DNA of 64,000 nucleotides from Escherichia coli (GTDB lineage Bacteria; Pseudomonadota; Gammaproteobacteria; Enterobacterales; Enterobacteriaceae): NCBI RefSeq assembly GCF_030013595.1, contig NZ_CP122768.1; one strand, 5' to 3'. Shown piece by piece: positions 58,876 to 64,000 of this stretch (position 1 is its first letter; each line of letters starts with the position of its first letter). The notes under the pieces were generated by a model. It saw only the letters and a program-made list of their open reading frames with translations, ran no database searches and was not told where the DNA came from. The position numbers and the translations under genes were made by a program.

Positions 58876-59442
58876 ATGGCGAACTGGCAATCTATCGACG
58901 AGCTGCAGGATATTGCATCGGATTTACCGCGATTTACCCACGCATTAGATGAACTTTCCCGCCGTCTGGGGTTGGATATCACTCCGCTGACTGCCGATCA
59001 CATTTCTTTGCGTTGCCATCAAAACGCCACCGCTGAGCGCTGGCGTCACGGGTTTGAACAGTGCGGCGAGCTTTTGTCAGAAAATATGATCAATGGCAGG
59101 CCGATTTGTCTGTTTAAATTGCATGAACCGGTACAGGTTGCGCACTGGCAGTTTTCCATTGTGGAGCTACCGTGGCCCGGGGAAAAACGTTACCCGCACG
59201 AAGGTTGGGAACATATTGAAATCGTTCTGCCGGGCGATCCAGAAACGCTGAATGCCCGTGCGCTGGCATTGCTTTCTGATGAAGGACTCAGCCTGCCGGG
59301 GATCTCAGTTAAAACCAGTTCGCCAAAAGGTGAGCATGAGCGATTACCGAATCCGACGCTGGCGGTCACCGATGGCAAAACGACCATTAAATTTCATCCG
59401 TGGTCCATTGAAGAGATCGTTGCCAGCGAGCAGTCGGCGTAA
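58876..59442 (+). CDS. yecM: Uncharacterised protein YecM
   Basis: Sequence recognised; synteny. Confidence 0.85.
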   Translation: MANWQSIDELQDIASDLPRFTHALDELSRRLGLDITPLTADHISLRCHQNATAERWRHGFEQCGELLSENMINGRPICLFKLHEPVQVAHWQFSIVELPWPGEKRYPHEGWEHIEIVLPGDPETLNARALALLSDEGLSLPGISVKTSSPKGEHERLPNPTLAVTDGKTTIKFHPWSIEEIVASEQSA

Positions 59443-59446
59443 TTAA

Positions 59447-60202
<756 letters not shown>

Positions 60203-60248
60203 TTTTTACCGTTGCATCATGTCGCCCAATATGATGCTTGCTCGTACC

Positions 60249-60283
60249 AGGCCCCTGCAATTTCAACAGGGGCCTTTTTTTAT
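60249..60283 (+). terminator. Rho-independent terminator after cutC
   Basis: aggcccctg caatttcaa caggggcct followed by T7. Confidence 0.6.
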
Positions 60284-60587
60284 TCCCGAGAAGTATAAAA
60301 AACGAACGATTTCCGTGATCAGTTGAGCGCGTGACAGTGCGCATAGCGTTGTGCTAAAAATTTTTATATATTCATATTAATTATGTAATTTAAATTACTA
60401 AAACTGACAAATATATATTCTAAATAACAACTGGGTTATTCCTTAGCAATTAATGATTACATTGTAATAAATCATATTCTTTATCGATTATTTCAGGCAG
60501 TGTTGTGCCGAATTATGCAAGCAGTCAATTCGTTGTATATTTAATTATACAATGATTTCGGTGTTCTGGAATTAATTAGAGGAATCT

Positions 60588-61688
60588 ATGCGAGGGAAAA
60601 AACGCATTGGGTTAATGTTTTTGCTGATAGCGGTTGTGGTTGGTGGCGGCGGGTTATTGCTGGCGCAAAAAGCCTTACATAAAACGTCGGATACAGCATT
60701 TTGCCTTTCCTGCCACTCGATGAGTAAACCTTTTGAGGAATATCAGGGAACTGTCCACTTTTCGAACCAGAAAGGGATACGTGCGGAATGTGCCGATTGC
60801 CATATTCCAAAGTCAGGGATGGATTATTTATTTGCTAAATTAAAAGCTTCTAAAGATATTTATCATGAATTTGTTAGCGGCAAAATAGACAGTGACGATA
60901 AATTCGAAGCGCATCGTCAGGAAATGGCCGAAACAGTATGGAAAGAATTAAAAGCAACTGATTCTGCAACGTGTCGTAGTTGCCATTCTTTTGATGCCAT
61001 GGATATTGCCTCGCAAAGTGAATCTGCGCAGAAAATGCATACCAAAGCGCAAAAGGACGGCGAAACCTGTATCGATTGTCATAAAGGAATTGCCCATTTT
61101 CCACCAGAAATAAAAATGGATGACAACGCGGCGCATGAGCTGGAAAGTCAGGCCGCTACTTCAGTTACCAATGGCGCACATATTTATCCTTTCAAACCTT
61201 CCCGCATAGGCGAACTGGCCACTGTGAATCCTGGTACCGATCTCACCGTCGTTGATGCCAGTGGCAAACAGCCGATCGTTCTGTTGCAGGGTTATCAAAT
61301 GCAGGGCAGTGAAAACACGCTCTACCTGGCGGCAGGTCAACGGCTGGCGCTAGCCACATTAAGTGAAGAAGGTATCAAGGCGCTGACGGTAAACGGGGAA
61401 TGGCAGGCTGACGAATACGGCAATCAATGGCGTCAGGCGTCTTTACAGGGTGTGCTTACCGATCCCGCATTAGCGGACCGTAAACCGCTATGGCAATACG
61501 CTGAAAAACTTGACGATACCTATTGCGCTGGTTGCCATGCCCCTATTGCCTCCGACCATTACACCGTCAATGCATGGCCCTCTATCGCCAAAGGAATGGG
61601 GGCGCGAACCAGCATGAGCGAAAACGAACTGGACATTTTGACGCGGTACTTCCAGTACAACGCCAAAGATATTACCGAGAAACAGTGA
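60588..61688 (+). CDS. torY: Pentahaem c-type cytochrome TorY (TorC homologue)
   Basis: Multiple CxxCH haem-binding motifs; sequence recognised. Confidence 0.95.
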   Translation: MRGKKRIGLMFLLIAVVVGGGGLLLAQKALHKTSDTAFCLSCHSMSKPFEEYQGTVHFSNQKGIRAECADCHIPKSGMDYLFAKLKASKDIYHEFVSGKIDSDDKFEAHRQEMAETVWKELKATDSATCRSCHSFDAMDIASQSESAQKMHTKAQKDGETCIDCHKGIAHFPPEIKMDDNAAHELESQAATSVTNGAHIYPFKPSRIGELATVNPGTDLTVVDASGKQPIVLLQGYQMQGSENTLYLAAGQRLALATLSEEGIKALTVNGEWQADEYGNQWRQASLQGVLTDPALADRKPLWQYAEKLDDTYCAGCHAPIASDHYTVNAWPSIAKGMGARTSMSENELDILTRYFQYNAKDITEKQ

Positions 61689-61712
61689 TCCTCGTTGATC
61701 AGGGAGGAAGTT

Positions 61713-64000
61713 ATGACATTAACAAGACGTGAATTTATTAAACACAGCGGTATTGCCGCTGGAGCGCTGGTGGTGACATCGGCAGCACCGCTACCCGCAT
61801 GGGCAGAAGAGAAGGGCGGTAAAATCCTCACCGCGGGACGTTGGGGAGCGATGAACGTAGAAGTGAAGGACGGCAAGATTGTTTCTTCGACAGGCGCGCT
61901 GGCGAAAACCATACCGAACTCCTTACAGTCTACGGCGGCGGATCAGGTACACACCACGGCGCGTATTCAGCATCCGATGGTGAGAAAAAGCTATCTCGAT
62001 AATCCACTGCAACCGGCAAAAGGTCGTGGCGAAGATACCTATGTACAGGTGAGCTGGGAACAAGCATTAAAACTGATTCATGAGCAACACGATCGTATTC
62101 GTAAAGCTAACGGACCATCGGCCATTTTTGCCGGATCTTACGGCTGGCGATCTTCTGGCGTGTTGCATAAAGCGCAAACCTTACTGCAACGTTATATGAA
62201 CCTTGCGGGCGGTTATTCCGGGCATAGCGGCGATTATTCAACCGGGGCGGCACAGGTGATCATGCCGCATGTGGTCGGTTCTGTAGAGGTGTATGAACAG
62301 CAGACCTCCTGGCCGCTGATTCTGGAAAACAGCCAGGTTGTGGTGCTGTGGGGGATGAACCCGCTGAATACCTTAAAAATTGCCTGGAGCAGTACCGATG
62401 AGCAAGGGCTGGAATACTTCCATCAGCTGAAAAAATCTGGCAAACCAGTGATTGCCATTGATCCTATCCGCTCCGAAACCATCGAGTTCTTTGGCGATAA
62501 TGCCACCTGGATCGCGCCGAATATGGGCACCGATGTGGCACTGATGTTAGGGATCGCGCATACCCTGATGACACAAGGCAAACACGATAAAGTGTTCCTT
62601 GAAAAATACACTACCGGATATCCGCAGTTTGAAGAGTATCTGACAGGTAAGAGCGATAATACCCCGAAGAGCGCGGCCTGGGCGGCGGAAATTACTGGCG
62701 TACCGGAAGCGCAGATAGTCAAACTCGCTGAACTGATGGCGGCGAATCGCACAATGCTGATGGCAGGCTGGGGAATTCAGCGCCAGCAATATGGTGAACA
62801 GAAACACTGGATGCTGGTGACGCTGGCGGCGATGTTAGGGCAGATTGGTACACCGGGCGGCGGGTTTGGTTTCTCTTATCATTACTCAAACGGTGGCAAC
62901 CCGACGCGTGTTGGCGGCGTGCTGCCGGAAATGTCTGCGGCGATTGCCGGACAGGCCAGCGAGGCCGCTGATGATGGCGGAATGACGGCGATTCCTGTTG
63001 CCCGTATCGTCGATGCGCTGGAAAATCCTGGCGGCAAATATCAGCATAACGGTAAAGAACAAACGTATCCGAATATCAAAATGATCTGGTGGGCGGGTGG
63101 CGGTAACTTTACCCATCACCAGGATACTAATCGTCTGATTAAAGCATGGCAGAAACCGGAGATGATCGTCGTTTCTGAATGCTACTGGACCGCAGCTGCT
63201 AAACATGCAGATATCGTATTACCGATCACCACATCGTTTGAGCGCAATGACTTGACGATGACCGGTGATTACAGCAACCAGCATATTGTACCGATGAAGC
63301 AGGCTGTCGCTGTGCAATTTGAAGCGCGTAACGATTTTGACGTGTTTGCCGATCTTGCTGAATTACTCAAACCTGGCGGAAAAGAGATCTATACCGAAGG
63401 TAGAGATGAAATGGCGTGGCTGAAATTTTTCTATGATGCCGCTCAGAAAGGTGCCCGTGCGCAACGCGTGACTATGCCGATGTTTAATGCTTTCTGGCAG
63501 CAAAATAAACTGATCGAAATGCGCCGCAGCGAGAAGAACGAACAGTACGTTCGTTATGGTGATTTCCGCGCCGATCCGGTGAAAAATGCGCTGGGTACGC
63601 CAAGCGGCAAAATTGAGATTTACTCCAAAACGCTGGAAAAATTTGGCTATAAGGATTGCCCGGCACACCCAACCTGGCTTGCGCCTGATGAGTGGAAAGA
63701 TTCCGCCGACGAGAAGCAGTTGCAGCTTCTGACCGCACATCCGGCACACCGTTTACACAGTCAGCTTAACTATGCGGAACTGCGTAAAAAATATGCGGTT
63801 GCCGATCGTGAACCGATCACTATTCACACCGAAGATGCTGCTCGCTTTGGTATTGCGAATGGCGATCTGGTGCGTGTCTGGAACAAACGTGGTCAGATTC
63901 TGACAGGCGCGGTGGTGACTGACGGGATCAAAAAAGGCGTGGTATGCGTGCATGAAGGTGCATGGCCAGATCTGGAAAATGGCTTGTGTAAAAACGGCAG
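61713..64000 (+). CDS. torZ: Trimethylamine-N-oxide / biotin sulfoxide reductase TorZ (3' end truncated by the window)
   Basis: Tat signal RREFIKHSG; molybdopterin oxidoreductase; the open frame runs to the window end and is therefore absent from the ORF track. Confidence 0.9.
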   Translation, partial: MTLTRREFIKHSGIAAGALVVTSAAPLPAWAEEKGGKILTAGRWGAMNVEVKDGKIVSSTGALAKTIPNSLQSTAADQVHTTARIQHPMVRKSYLDNPLQPAKGRGEDTYVQVSWEQALKLIHEQHDRIRKANGPSAIFAGSYGWRSSGVLHKAQTLLQRYMNLAGGYSGHSGDYSTGAAQVIMPHVVGSVEVYEQQTSWPLILENSQVVVLWGMNPLNTLKIAWSSTDEQGLEYFHQLKKSGKPVIAIDPIRSETIEFFGDNATWIAPNMGTDVALMLGIAHTLMTQGKHDKVFLEKYTTGYPQFEEYLTGKSDNTPKSAAWAAEITGVPEAQIVKLAELMAANRTMLMAGWGIQRQQYGEQKHWMLVTLAAMLGQIGTPGGGFGFSYHYSNGGNPTRVGGVLPEMSAAIAGQASEAADDGGMTAIPVARIVDALENPGGKYQHNGKEQTYPNIKMIWWAGGGNFTHHQDTNRLIKAWQKPEMIVVSECYWTAAAKHADIVLPITTSFERNDLTMTGDYSNQHIVPMKQAVAVQFEARNDFDVFADLAELLKPGGKEIYTEGRDEMAWLKFFYDAAQKGARAQRVTMPMFNAFWQQNKLIEMRRSEKNEQYVRYGDFRADPVKNALGTPSGKIEIYSKTLEKFGYKDCPAHPTWLAPDEWKDSADEKQLQLLTAHPAHRLHSQLNYAELRKKYAVADREPITIHTEDAARFGIANGDLVRVWNKRGQILTGAVVTDGIKKGVVCVHEGAWPDLENGLCKNG

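Noticed and set aside
61559-63953. Several minus-strand ORFs in the last 2.4 kb
   Set aside because: All lie antisense to torZ, which runs open to the window end on the plus strand

Overview
This window is about 28.4 kb of the right-hand part of a prophage followed by about 35.6 kb of an Escherichia coli K-12-like chromosomal region. The prophage (1..28429; its left end lies beyond the window start) is a mosaic: a lambdoid late-regulation/lysis/packaging/head module (DUF1367 and DUF1364 nin-region proteins, a putative Q antiterminator, holin and endolysin, Nu1-like and gpA-like terminase, gpW, portal gpB, protease gpC, decoration gpD, major capsid gpE, FI/FII-like) is joined to a P2-like contractile-tail module (V, W, J, I, H tail fibre, sheath, tube, chaperone, tape measure, U, X, D). 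It ends at a 56-bp copy of the 3' part of tRNA-Leu (leuZ), so it is integrated in leuZ. The gpA-like terminase large subunit carries an in-frame TAG codon, which suggests a packaging-defective prophage. The strongest candidates for an undescribed accessory or defence function are three cargo loci inside the prophage: a visibly AT-rich nin-region island (about 300..3060), an AT-rich island between the lysis cassette and the packaging genes (about 6150..7260), and a lipoprotein gene next to the att site (27733..28152). None of these could be assigned to a known family from sequence alone. The host part is the conserved block yecA-tyrP-yecH-ftnA-yecR-azuC-yecJ-ftnB-araFGH-otsBA-uspC-flhDC-motAB-cheAW-tar-tap-cheRBYZ-flhBAE-argS-yecM-cutC-torYZ and looks ordinary; torZ is truncated by the window end. 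All protein calls rest on reading the supplied translations and on remembered family features; no database search was run.
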